Below, one piece after another: positions 1-12,510 of a DNA stretch of 64,000 nt. How positions within the stretch are numbered: the first letter of the stretch is position 1; each line of letters begins with the position of its first letter. The notes beneath the pieces were generated by a model. It saw only the letters and a program-made list of their open reading frames with translations, made no database searches and had not been told where the DNA came from. Position numbers and translations under genes: made by a program. This stretch comes from Trichosphaerium sp. ATCC 40318 (Eukaryota; Protista; Tubulinea), in contig JALMLS010000361.1 in NCBI GenBank assembly GCA_038496445.1, forward strand, positions 62,001 to 126,000, read 5' to 3'.

Positions 1-1224
1 GTGGCATGCCACAGCAACGTAGTGCGTTCGTAAATCAGCAACCATTCGGCAATCGCTTTGGGGCGAATGCTTCACACAACGGCTTAAGGCCTTTGGCGGA
101 TCCAATGCAAGGGCACGCTTTGGCTCCTGTAAAGAATAACTGGCATAGCCAAGGCATGGTACGTAGAAATATCTTAAACAAGTCGAATTTGTGATTGTGT
201 ATTTTCTGATAATCTAACGCTCTTTTTTTTTTACAGAGTAATGATACTTCTCGTTTATCTCATTACACTCACGATGCTCAAATGGAAACAAGGAAAAAGA
301 AGAATAAAAAGCGACGATCTTTGGATAGTGCGCGCTTACCTTCATTCCAATCACTCACTGCTGGTACAAAAGAAAACCTCTCAAAAAACATGAGAAAATG
401 AACTCTTAAACAATTCTTGTTGGCTTTGTTATTGATTTGTTGTTTAGAATTCCGTCGTGTTGGCATAGATGATTATGATTATGATGACGCTGAAAAGAAA
501 CGTGCTAGAAAGGTTAAGAGGTTATCTCTTGATAGTGAGAGCCAGAAACAATTGAATGCTATTAACGGATTTAAGTACGTTATTTGAAAAAAAAATAGAA
601 ATATTGTGGTTGCTTTGTTTTAACGCTCTAATTTAGCCGTGGTCGTTCTGCGCGCTCAGTTTCTGATCCGCCACCACTTATTGTTAACCCTCTCGTTAAT
701 GGCACTTCATTTTCGGCTCAATCATCACCAGTACCTTCCCCATTACCTTCTCCGCGATCCTTTGATGCTCCTACGTCTCCTTGGGCAGTATCACCTGGAG
801 AAGAGCCTAGTTACAACTGGAGTTCTGCGCCTAGCTCACCAGCTGGTGCTCATGGACACAATTACAGATCACACACAAGAAGGGGAAGCAGAGATCGCGT
901 TTCTCGTTCTAGATCGCCTTCACGAAGCAGTACGTTAGCCTGCGCTTAAATTTGGGAATTATTTTTCCGGCTTTTTTTTTGACTTTCTTGCACGTGTTTG
1001 TTGTCACATTGGCTTGTCTCATTTTTTTTAAAGGACGCAGAGAACAGCGTATGCCTAGATCCAGGTCCCTCACGCGGATACACGAGCAAAGAGGCGTTGG
1101 CTTCACTCCTGGTTTCACAGCAATCGCAGAAGAACCTTCAACCTTAGAATCAACAAGCGGGGCAAATTATGAGCGTTCTGTTAAAGAACATTATATCCCC
1201 GCGCCTATGCAAATAGACCCGTGA
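1..1224 (+). CDS. 3' part of a spliced gene for a low-complexity Ser/Pro/Arg-rich protein (5' end outside window)
   Basis: GT-AG-bounded exons join to ...SSPVPSPLPSPRSF...RSRSPSRS...HYIPAPMQIDP* (TGA 1222-1224). No recognisable domain. Confidence 0.6.
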
Positions 1225-1728
1225 CAGTTGTGTATTGTAAAATGAAAGTGTAATTAAGTTTTTTAATCCTGACCGGATTTTCAAACGAGAAAAAAAAAAA
1301 TTATGAAAGTCTTTATCCTTTTCTGACCTGCGGCTTGAATTGGTTTTTTTTTTAGTTCGTTTTGGAGAAATAACTTCAAAAGTTCTCAGCAATGGCATTT
1401 TTACTTACTTCCTGTTACGCGTTTTTATTATTGTGTGCGTATGCCATTGTGTAATATAACAGTGATACCGCGTCATTGTAATTAATATGAAACGTGCTTT
1501 TGAGATATTTAGGTTTTTTTTTTAATAAGTGTACTTGATACAAGGGATAACCAGTAAGACAAAAAAATTGATACACAAGCCTAACGCGAGTTGTTTTGGA
1601 AACATTTCGATTTTTTGTTTGGCATGTAATAAATGAAATTAGCCTACAGGTGAGTTAGATAAACTGTATGTCATGTTTTAAACAATGCTAACTACTTTTC
1701 CTAAAATTTCGAGGTTTGTAACGTGCCT

Positions 1729-1908
1729 TTAAGCTGCTCCAGCTCTTCTGCGAGCGCAATAACCAAGAACGGCGAGGATACCGACAACGCCAATCACCAA
1801 AAAGAGTACCAAAGCGATCCCGTCACCAGCATCAAAAGCAGCGGCTGCTTCTACACCAACAGAGAAATAGGCCAATAGAAGGGTTACAACGACTTGAAAG
1901 AGGTTCAT
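1729..1908 (-). CDS. SMIM30: 59-aa single-pass membrane microprotein, SMIM30-like
   Basis: Intronless ORF below the track cutoff: MNLFQVVVTLLLAYFSVGVEAAAAFDAGDGIALVLFLVIGVVGILAVLGYCARRRAGAA. Signal peptide, AGD-x-IAL, TM helix and LGxxARxR match human SMIM30 as recalled. Confidence 0.8.
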   Translation of the reverse strand: MNLFQVVVTLLLAYFSVGVEAAAAFDAGDGIALVLFLVIGVVGILAVLGYCARRRAGAA

Positions 1909-2237
1909 TGTGAGTGTCTGTGTCTGTTGTTGTTGTTTTTATGAAGTTTCAGTCGAAAAAGTTCTGTTTCCCAAAAACTTAGCATCAGACTTATTATTTT
2001 GCGACAACATTTTCTTCGCGCATGACACTCGCTTTGCTATTGTCTACCGCTTCATAGCTCACCAAACAAGCAGCCAATGTGTACTTTTTCATGTGATCTA
2101 CAAATTGGTTTTAATGCTTTGATATACATCTAAGAGTGTATGAGGGTTGTGTGGGAATCATTTTCTCTACAATAGAACGGCACTTAACGGGTAGTATTGT
2201 AGGTTTAGCTACAAATCGTTTCTAGCGTTAATATAAC

Positions 2238-4783
2238 ATGTCGAGTACGTCGCCCGGTGAAAAGCAGCCGCAAAGGGGCTCGTCTACAGAAACGGACAAA
2301 GGGGTGCAAACACGTTCCAGAAAGCGGAATGCCGAAGCGCTAGACACGGCCCTCGATATTTTAACGGAGAAGCGACGCATGAGTAAGAAAAAAGCCAAGA
2401 GGGCTTTTGAATCATCCGATCAAGGCCAAAGGCGTCAATTAAAGACAATATTCCAAGCTTTTGACAAGGATGGAGACGGTCACGTGGTGCGTTTACATTT
2501 CTCTCTGAATATTATGTAGCAATGCGCTAAATACTGTACAGACGCGTGACGAGTTGGCTGAAATAATGGTGCGGTACTGGGCCTTGTTTTCTTTTTTTTC
2601 GTAACGTAAATCGCCAATTTATCGCTAATTGACGAGTGTAGCGTAGTATGGGTAAGCGCCCGTTAAAATCAAAAATTGATAGGATATTTCAACAGGCAGA
2701 CACTGACGGGGTAAAAGGAATCAACTTGAAAAGCTAAGCTCACTCTGTTTAGAATGGTACAATAGAGCTATCGGAATTTGTATCATTTTTTATTGGTAAA
2801 AAGCAAGAGGTACGCTACTACTTGCACTCAGAGTTGTATCGTTTATTTGTTTCTGTACTAATATATACAAAGCTTACAGCTACGAAAAGAGAGCTACGCG
2901 GGAAGGCACGTGACATCTTATAATGTTAGTTCAGTAGTAACAAACCCCTAGCATTCTGAAAAAAATAGAAAAACATTGGCTCACTTCTACCGCGTATTCT
3001 CCAATGAGCCAATGTCGGGTATGGAGATGGGTAAAACGAATGCGTTTTCTGGATTCAAAATACTCATATATGACCCTATATCTGCAAACTTATCTGAACA
3101 ACACATCAAACGGCACTTGAACAAATTGTGCGTGTTCCGTTTTTTCTCAACGGTTTTTTTTGTATCGTTTTTAACCATACTCACGTTCACATTGTTATAA
3201 TTGACATCACGTGATTATGACTAACTAACGTCGCAGCTAGGTCTTTCTCTGTTGTGGTATGTTCTCGCACAGCAGACTTCATGCAATTACTTCCTACTGT
3301 TGATCAAGGTACTGCTTGATGGTATAATGATATCTTACAGTAGTACTAGCGTGGATAATATCTGGATCTTCTTTGGAGGAACATACACATCCCACTCAAT
3401 TTGCAGCATCTTTAGCTTCATTTTTTCAACAAGGAAAGGGTATTGCTATTTGGGGGACGCCAAAAAGAATAGCACACGCGTCAGCGGCTGTATCACATTT
3501 ATTAAAGGTAAGTGGCTGAACACTTTTTATTTTTATTTCTTTTTTTTTTCTCCCTCACAATTCCCTCCTTAGCTAGATTTGTCACTGTCAAACACATTCT
3601 TTCTTTATACTGAAGTAAAACCAAGTCGTATATTTATTGATATATCTGACTCGTTCAAATTCATCAAGTGCGTATGGTCCTAAGAGAACATGCTTTTATT
3701 GTATAAGTTTTTTGTTGGAACAGCAGTTGACAAAACAATTAGGCCTGAACGTGGTTGTATGATAAGGTAAAGAGTATTTAGATAGTCAGAACCACTGTTG
3801 TTTAGTTCTGTTTAGAAATATGGCCGTATGGCTAATGCATACAAAATTGCTAGCTATTACTCAACCGACACCACCTCCACCGCCACCACCTATTGCTACT
3901 AACCCTGTAAATCATATTGAAGGTAGAGAAACTGTACGTGACTTTATTGTCTTAATTAACGAGTAACACATGCTTTCAAGTGCCTGGAATTAAGAACTGG
4001 TGAACGCTTTGATTTAGAACAACGAATGACGAAAGTGCTTTTTGGCCTAGGCTGGGATACACCCTTTGACCTTGACGTATAGTGCAGTAGTAGGGTTTTA
4101 ATTATCTTACACAAGTGTAGGCGTCTATTCTTATTTATGATCATGTTGGAAAGCATGGTACGTGAGTGAAGGGCACGTGATAGTACTCAAATTAACTGTT
4201 TTTTGAAGTTGAAACGATTTATTATGGCAAATTGAAGTCCAGTCATTTTGAGATACAACACAGCGGTGATACAATAGATGGTGCTTTATCCAATGGGACG
4301 GATGGAGAGCAAATTGCAGTTAATTTGGCAAGGTACCTCATTTTCTTTATGACGATGATGTTGCTTAACCCGTTCAGCCTTCCATACACAATCACAACTC
4401 TACTATTTGTGGCTAATGTATTTACTGATGGTCGGACTTTTTCAGATGTCAAGGACGCCTATGTGCGTCTTGTTGATGCTACAAATCATCGTGAACAATG
4501 TCGTTATACCATCAAAAAGGTACCTCCTTTAAACCAACACATCACATCATTGATTCTAAAAAAGGGTTTGGGCACAGCAAGAGCTGTGGTGATATGTAAA
4601 GTGTACAAAAAAGATAATAGATGGCATCTTGTTTCAATTGGAGAACCTATAGAGCGGTACGTTTCTTTTTTGTTTTTTTTTCTTTAGTCTTAATTTTGAC
4701 TTATGTAAATTTGTACTAGAGGGGGACGAACACCTCAAGAGGTTATACCCTACGTTCAAGAGTTCCTGGACAATAGTCATTGA
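2238..4783 (+). CDS. EF-hand pair + central alpha/beta domain + C-terminal TerD domain protein
   Basis: EF loops DKDGDGHV and DTDG|NGTIE. TerD motifs GLGWD..DLDAS, HSGD, DGEQIAVNL, AYVRLVD, W..VSIGEP. Stop TGA 4781-4783. Confidence 0.8.
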
Positions 4784-4991
4784 AGAAAAATAAAGTATTG
4801 TTTTTATGTTTTTCTTTTCAAAGTGACAGCCAAACTCCTGATTTTGGTTTGCCTGACTATCTTGTATGATTCTGCAATGGCACCCTTCGTCAAAGCCGGC
4901 TTTCAGGTCTTATACACGTTGCGGATTAAACGAGAACTTAAAGATGTTAAGTTCTAGTTATTTTTTGGAAGGTGCAGCGTTGTTCGGCATA

Positions 4992-5750
4992 ATGTCATCG
5001 AAATCGAAACGTAGGAGCTCTGGTAAGAGAAATAAGCCAAAGCCAAAGCCAGAAGTCGCTATAAAATCTCCTCCAAAAGAAACAACTACAAAAACCGTCG
5101 GTGTTACATCTGAGGATGTAATGCATAAAACTGCTGTTAATGTTTGGTCCAAGGTATTTTCTAACGGTAATTGTTTATTATTGAACAAATCGTAGTGCAA
5201 CAAGATGCTAGGGGATCTAGTAACGCTAATGAGAATGGTGGAAGAAAATTTAAACACTGATGAGGAAGAAGCGCTCGCAGAGATGGGCGGCTCATCCTTT
5301 CCTGCACTTAAGAGTGAGTAATACTGTCTAATAGCGCGTCTCGCAGTTTAACGTACATTTACTGTAAAAAACTAACCAAAGCACAGAGAAAGCCCCACAC
5401 TTCGCTAAAGAACTTGAAAAAACGAACGGCTTTCTTGCCAGTAAAAAACAAAAGAAAACACCTATTAAGCCATCAGGCAAGCGCAAGGTACGTGTGCATA
5501 TCATACCAGGAAACTCATGACAATCCTTCAAACAAAAAAAAAAACCTTACGCAGCAACAAGTCTGTCATTGTCTTCAAAGTATTTAAAACCGCGTAATAA
5601 CGCTTTAAAAAGGCACCAGGAGACTCAACGGATTCTGAACCACCTTCGAAAAAGCGCAAGACAGACACAAAAGCGAGACGAAGCTTAAAGCTTGGTGGTA
5701 CTCCAACAAAAGGCAAGATTAAGAAATCTCCAGGCAAAAACAAACAATAG
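4992..5750 (+). CDS. Small Lys-rich, probably nuclear protein of unknown function
   Basis: Spliced MSSKSKRRSSGKRNK...PSKKRK...ARRSLKLGGTPTKGKIKKSPGKNKQ*. NLS-like basic runs and TPxK/SPxK sites. Confidence 0.55.
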
Positions 5751-5980
5751 ACAGACCGTAAAGAGAGATGACAATTGTATAACTAACTAGTGTAATAAAA
5801 AAAAAATCTTCAGCTTGTAACCTGTTAGAGGTCAGATTAGCAATGAGGCCACCAAAAATAACTTCAAGGTCGATAAGTGGCTAGTACGTTTCAAAAACCA
5901 TGGCCTCTTCTTTAAAGCCAACAACAGTTCCAGTTCAGCAAAGGTACGCGTAGTTTGTTTGTTTGTTTATTGTTTATCGT

Positions 5981-6122
5981 TGGGGTTGACTTTCGGGGCA
6001 TATAACGCCGCTATATGAAATCGCCCCACCCGACATGGCTACAAGACCCTGTTACAATAGGTACACGACGCGTATCTATTTGGGGATAAGGGGATGGTGC
6101 AGAACGAACCAAAGGGGTGCCT
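5981..6122 (+). ncRNA. Candidate structured RNA (family unassigned) upstream of the SPP gene
   Basis: GC-rich island with hairpins 5981-6028, 6047-6093 and 6095-6111. G-U wobbles favour the + strand. Confidence 0.35.
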
Positions 6123-6173
6123 TAACGTAAATCTCACGAAATTTTGATTTTATTTGATCACAAACTACCATAC

Positions 6174-7862
6174 ATGTCTTGGTTAAATGAGATTGGTATT
6201 GATACGGCTTCGTTGTATTGTTTAAGTGTTGCAGGTAATAAATCCGTTTAAAAAAGATATTCGTAGTTTACAATACGCGTAGTATTGTATGTAGCATCGC
6301 AGAGGAGCCTCAGTTTCGAAAGTCAACTCAATACAGATGATCTAGCTCCGCAAGGCACGAAATGAGAGTATAGCGACACTGACGTACTATTGTGTAGATT
6401 TAAGCATGAAAACAGCGCTATTGTTACCGCTTATTAGCTCTGCATCCCTCCTAATCCTTTTCTACTTTTTCTCGATCCTTTCGCTTATCTGGCTTATTAT
6501 GACTATTTTGACCACAATAATGGCACTCGCTTTTGCTATTCAACCACTTTTAGACATGATCCTTGCTCGTGTGTCAAAGAACTCGTATGTACCTCCTTCT
6601 TTACCCAATCGCAGCCTTACGCTTACCCAAGCAATATCACGGATGGCGTTCAGATCTTCAACTGGCCGAGTGTTATCGTAGCAGCCCTTATAACGATTCT
6701 TTGGACGTTTACTGGCAACTTAATTCTGTACAATTGTAAGATATAATTTTTATGAATTTTCTACCAACAACAAAAGGTTTCTGCCTTTTTTCTCATTTGA
6801 TATTGTACCTAGTACTTTCGGCAAGTATATGTATTATTGGACTTTCTTTTATGCGCGTACCCACAGTCAAAATGGCAACTGTATTACTCATTGGCTTGCT
6901 CATTTATGATATTTTTTGGGTACCTTTTTTTTCATACAAAGTCATTAACAAACCAAGTGTTGTGGTGATTATTCTCAACTGGTAAACTGGCGTACTAACC
7001 CCTATTATTTAGGTATACTTTTCAGAAGGTATGTACACTGCTATAGATGCATCTGCGTGCTATACACTTTATTTCTGACAAGAGAGTTATTAAACCATTT
7101 TAGGTATTTTTGGCAAGAATGTAATGTATGTATGAGCCTTGTTGCTTTATCTTTGGTTTCTTCAAAACCAAAAAAATTCATGATTTCTTTTAGGGTTGAA
7201 GTAGCTACTAAAGAGAGTGGTATGTCCTTTATTGAAAAAAAGTTGCTATTGGTTTTTCTTGACATTTTTCTTTTCTACTAGACAACCCCATACAGACACT
7301 TGCAGATACCTTGAACCTCGGACAAATAGCAATTAAAAGACTTCAGCTTCCTGTCAAATTCATATTGGGACGCCATATGCTCGGTTTGGGCGACATTGTA
7401 GTACCTGGACTTTTTGTCACATTGTTCTTAAAGGTAGTTTTGTTTTGTGCTTGAGATGGAGTCTAATGTTGTGTTAAAGCTGGATAAGCGTGTTTTCAAA
7501 ACAATGAGGTTCTTTGATGGCTACTATATAGTAAGCCTTATTGGGTATGCTCTGGGCCTTCTTTTGGCCATAGTTGCTGCGATAGGATTTCGGTACGGGA
7601 GTTTTAACAGTTTTTTTTGTTTACATTCCAACCAAAGCTGACCTAGTACTTTCAAGGGTGGCACAACCTGCTCTTCTATATTTGGTTCCTTGTGTACTTT
7701 TACCCGTATTTTTACGGGCTGTGGCGCGTGGCGAGTTTACAGTAAGTACTCTTTAAAATATGTTATTGACCAACATGTTGTTTTAATATTAATCGTTAGC
7801 GCTTGTGGACAAGCACGATTGCAGGGAAAGCAACTGAACTAAAAAATGATGTTTTGGTGTAA
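6174..7862 (+). CDS. Signal peptide peptidase / SPPL (A22B GxGD intramembrane aspartyl protease), SPPL3-like
   Basis: Spliced catalytic motifs IYDIFWV, LGLGDIVVPG and QPALLYLVP, with multiple TM helices. Start codon uncertain. Confidence 0.9.
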
Positions 7863-8010
7863 TAAAGAACTAGTGTACAAGGACGTTTTGTTCATAATCA
7901 CGTTGGGATTAACAACACTTTTGTGGAAGCTCTGTTTTATAATACTCTTTTAGCTGAACTTCTGTGGTTCGTTGTGTACAAATTAATAATTTTTTATTGG
8001 ATGGCTTATG

Positions 8011-11000
8011 TTAATACTTCTTGTATTCAAAAGTCCATTCTTTAGGAACAACAAGAGAAACATCACGTGATGGAGGGTATAATTTTGGTAAGTTTTTAAT
8101 AAGCTTATCCTGGTTTGATTTCTTTCTCTTCTTTCTTTTTGGAGAGGAGCTCATCTCTTCATCATCTGATGGTTCTATTTTGTTGTTAAGTATAAGAAAA
8201 AAACGAGAAAAAAAAAGGACTTGAGGAGTCAAGGGACCTTCGATGTTTTTGATTCGATGTTACGTACCTTTGACGTTATGTAGGTATTTCTTTCTTCCAA
8301 TATTGCTTTGTTTTTGTTCGTACCTCTGTGATAGATAAGACTTTAAAGTCAAGTTTGTATCAAGCATTGCATTTAAATCGAAACGAATTGGTCTTATATT
8401 TTTAGAACAATGTGCTGCTTTTATAATCTGTCGACCAATAGCACGTGCCAATGGAGGAGGAACTATTAGAATGTACAGTTAGTTTCTTGAAAAAAAGTAC
8501 ATTAAATAGTAAACAGACAATAAAACAAGTGAACTTTTAGTGCTCAAACTCTTTTTCACTGTCTTTCTGCTAGCAAAAAAAAATACTTGTGAATTTCCTT
8601 GTTACTGCTGTTTGTTCGTTCGTTACCTGCATTTCCTATTTGTTTTCTTATTGTTGTTTCATTTTTACCACAAAATAAATAATCATCAGGAAATCCTAAA
8701 ATAAGACGTCAGTTTGTTGAATCATTCATTCTTAGTCTTGTGTTTACCTTGTGCGCGAGCAAGTTCTCTATATGTAGAGCATCTGTATCCGAAATCAGAC
8801 TCAATGAACCTTGTTACGACATCGCCACCAGCACAAATAGTACCAAATACATCTTCATTTCTTAGAATAACACGTTCTTTCTTCTTAGCACTCAAATCTG
8901 TGTAAGGTGCTACGTGATGTGTAACTGTTTTAGCGGAAGGCTTGAAACACGTGTTAATCAAAATTGTTTTATGTATTTGCATGTACCGAACGCCATATCT
9001 TTTGGTAATACGAAGCTTTTTCGTAAGGTACTGTGTATGGTGCTTCTTTATGCTTGAATTTTTTAACACCTCTTTTATTGTTGTAGAGCTTTGGCAAGTC
9101 GCCTTTTGAAGAAATGGGAGTTAAATTCTCTTGTAGGTTTGGTATTAGGGTAGTGGTATCATACCTATTACATCGGATACTGTAGGGCAAGGTGATGTTT
9201 TCATTGTTAAAGGATCGCACTTAACAAGAACAGGCTCTCCCTGTAACAGAAAGGGCAAAGTTAGTCACTTTGTGGGGAGCACAGAGAAGAAGTATCAGCA
9301 ACAGCTCCGTACATCACACTCTCTCATATCTAATGGTATCATGGAGGGAGGTCTTATATAGAACTCATGTGTAGTTGGGGCAGGGAAACTAGGTAATTTC
9401 CATCCACGTTTTGCTCCAAAAATAAACACCCGAAACCTGCGGCATGTGAGCACACTTTTTTTAAAAATGCATTAGTACCGTCTTTGTGCTACTCCATAAT
9501 TACATGCCTTAGCTACATGAAAGCTAATTTGATAGTCAGCACGCATGAGTTGCTTTTGAAGTCCTTGTAGAATGTGTAAAGCGTTTGACCGAACTGTTTC
9601 TGATACATTCTCCAACAGAAAGTACTGAGGCTAAAAAAAAGCATGTGGTAAGGAATAGCAGTAGAATTCCGGTCTTTGTACCTGCACGTATTCAATAAAA
9701 TCAGCGTAAGTCTTTACCTCTTGATTACGTCCATCATCAAGCCTATCACGCTTTCTCTTCCTGTTTGCCTTCCTTTTGTTTGATTAGTATTCTCATTATT
9801 TTCTTATAACACGTACGAGAATCCTTGGCAAGGGGGTCCACCAGAAATAAGGTTTATATCTCCTGGGGAAGGAAGACAGTTCCTAAAACCATAAATATAC
9901 ATAAAACCAAATGAAGCCATTGATGTCAACCTCAAAAAAAAAGTTTGTTTTGAAGTTAATCAAGCCCACTTTTCCAGCATAACTAAAAATAATTCCTCAA
10001 ACGAATACCATAATATTGTACTATACAAAATCATAGTACAATAATATGGGTAAGGTTGACCTGGAGTATTGATTGGTATCAAAAGAAAAAACAAACTCGT
10101 CTTTTTTAAGCAACTTTGAGAACGCACTCTTCTTTTATCCTTGCAAGAATCTCAGATATTTGTCCACCGAGTTTATCATAATCTATCATCTTTGTTGATA
10201 AAGGAATCTGAATTACCTTTCCACTCTTTCTTTTGAGTACAACATCAATCCCATGCTAGTACAAAAAAAAATAAGTCACCGTTCCAAAAAAAAAGAAATT
10301 TCTGTGACTGCACCTTTGTCAAAACAACGTCCTGCACTGTGCTATTTGTATCATCGAAAGTATAGAGTAGTTTTCTTATGGCACGTGTATCTAAATCAAT
10401 TTCATCAAACCATTGATCTATGCCACCGTATCGACAGTAATACTGAGTAACCTAAAGGCATGGGTTAAAAATTAGCTATTGAAACAAAAATGTCTTTACT
10501 CTTAGCTCTGATTTTTCTTCCCTAAACAAACGTATACTCCATTCATAGATAGATGTCAGGGCGTTGTAATCTATTTTCTCTGCTTTATAATTGTTTTGAT
10601 TGATGTTGGCATCTCTCCTGTACAGCTAAAAAAGGCTTAAGGACTGTCTAGTGTCTCTTTGTATTTTTTTTTATTATACGTACACTGAGGTCCTTTTGTA
10701 GTTCTTGCTGTAGCTCTTTTGCAGTAATGTCACCATTAACAAGTTTTAAATACATTAAAAAATGTCCAACAGAAGCACAGTACACTGTTGTTTCAGGATG
10801 ATTTGTGCTATACGTCTCACAAGCATCCTAGAACCGATTTAATCTTAAGTTTGTTAAATAAGACGAACCTTATACAAGTCAACAGCCACAGGTATTTCGA
10901 TACCTGCTTGAATAAATCCTGTTCCTATTCCCCCAGCACCACAATACAATTCTAAAGCCTTCAAAGGACCATTCTTAAGTGCATAGTTTAGCAAAACCGA

Positions 11001-12066
11001 ACAGAACAAAAGATGAAAAAAGGTATGTAAACTTTGAACCCAATCTTTTCTTGAGGATTTCATACCAACTTCCATTTCTGCTTTTCAATGTCTACTAATG
11101 TGAAAATATTTCTGCCTTTCTTATATCTATAACAATACTTCGCTTCACTAATCATCATATTAATAAGCATAGGAGTGTTATATTTATGAACGCACATATC
11201 TTTTTCATCAAAATGTCTTACTGTTGTTGGTGATATAAGCTCACTCGCAAAACACCAATCAGTGTCATCTGACAAAAAGATCTAGGTAGCATGCGCGGTT
11301 AGCATCAAACTATTAAATAACAAAAAAGATGGGATCCGGTTTTACACGAGCAGTAGAAGCTTGCTTGAACAGAGGAAAAAAAATCGTACCTCTTTTTCGT
11401 CCCATCCTTCCATGGATGGTACAGCTAAGTGCCATAGATGAAATGCCCATTTAATATGGACAATGATAGTACCAAATTTATTCTTCTATAAAATCTTGTT
11501 ACAACACGTGATAACAAACTGACCTTGACAACCACACAGTTTAATAAAAAAAAGTTGGTTATTTGTAAAACAATTTTTTCAGTTGGTGTTTATCTGATTT
11601 TTCGCTTGCCAACTTATAAGGTAAACAGGTGATTTTGATTTGAAGAAGTTGAAAAACTGCACAGTTTTAGCAGATGTATTACCATTTGAAAAAAAAAACC
11701 ACTTTTTGATTGAATGAAAACAAAAAAAACCCACTAACGGCTATTTCTATTATCTGGCCAAGCCATGGTACATCATCTTTTTCTTGAGCGTCATAAGCAG
11801 CTCTTGGGAAATAAATAAGCAACTATTGTCTAGGAGACGAAAAAAAAGTGACATGTGGTTTAGTTGACATTTATTTTATTTTTGTCGTTTAACGTTACTG
11901 GCGTACCCATTTTCATACTCTCCTGGCTTTATATGAGCGTAACACCCTATTTTATAAATATTTCCGTTGATCTAAACCCAAAACAGTTAAAACTGCGCAG
12001 CTGTGTAAGATATACCTCGCAAGTCTCTAATTTGGGGCTGATATCGCTCGGCTCTAGTGTTGACAT
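8011..12066 (-). CDS. C5-cytosine DNA methyltransferase, DNMT1/chromomethylase-like (BAH + MTase with insertion)
   Basis: BAH-like N-terminus (INGNIYKIG..PWLGQIIEI..VHIKW..EIFLSDDTD). Motif I LELYCGAGG, NHPET, IV GGPPCQGFS, VI LLENV, VIII QRRFRVF, IX RELARAQGFPD, X QIGNAVPPPLA. Confidence 0.92.
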
Positions 12067-12510
12067 GTTGTGAACGAGTTTGTAAGGTAAAACGCCACTA
12101 ATAGCATGCGATTGTGCGTATGCTCGCTTTGTGCAGGTACGAAGGTGGCTTGTGGTAGTTTAACAGAAAAAACAATGAGAAGAGCTGTTGGTAGACAATA
12201 CTAGCGCCAGGTAGTTATTGATGACCGCTTTCAAGAGAATAGCGCGTTCAAGCCAAGTCAATAGTTTGTCAACTTGTTTATTGAACAGAAATAGCATTTC
12301 TATCATTGATTTACATTACATGCACGCAACTTATAAATGAAGCGGAATTGATATTAAACAAGCTTATGTCAGGACGCAATGTAATGCAGTCGCGTAAATC
12401 AAAGCTGAAGATCTTAAATCTCAACAGAGTCTGAGTTTCAAACGGTTAGAAAAAAAACAGCAAAGGAGTACATTGAGGACATTTTTTTTTCTTTTTTTCT
12501 ACGCTACAAT

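Noticed and set aside
5980-5990. Minus-strand CAACCCCAA like a ciliate telomerase template
   Set aside because: G-U pairing favours the + strand, and there is no other telomerase or ciliate evidence.
6107-6137. TPP riboswitch-like start (GGGGTGC) and U12-like branch CCTTAAC
   Set aside because: No CTGAGA or downstream TPP core, and no RTATCCT donor upstream.
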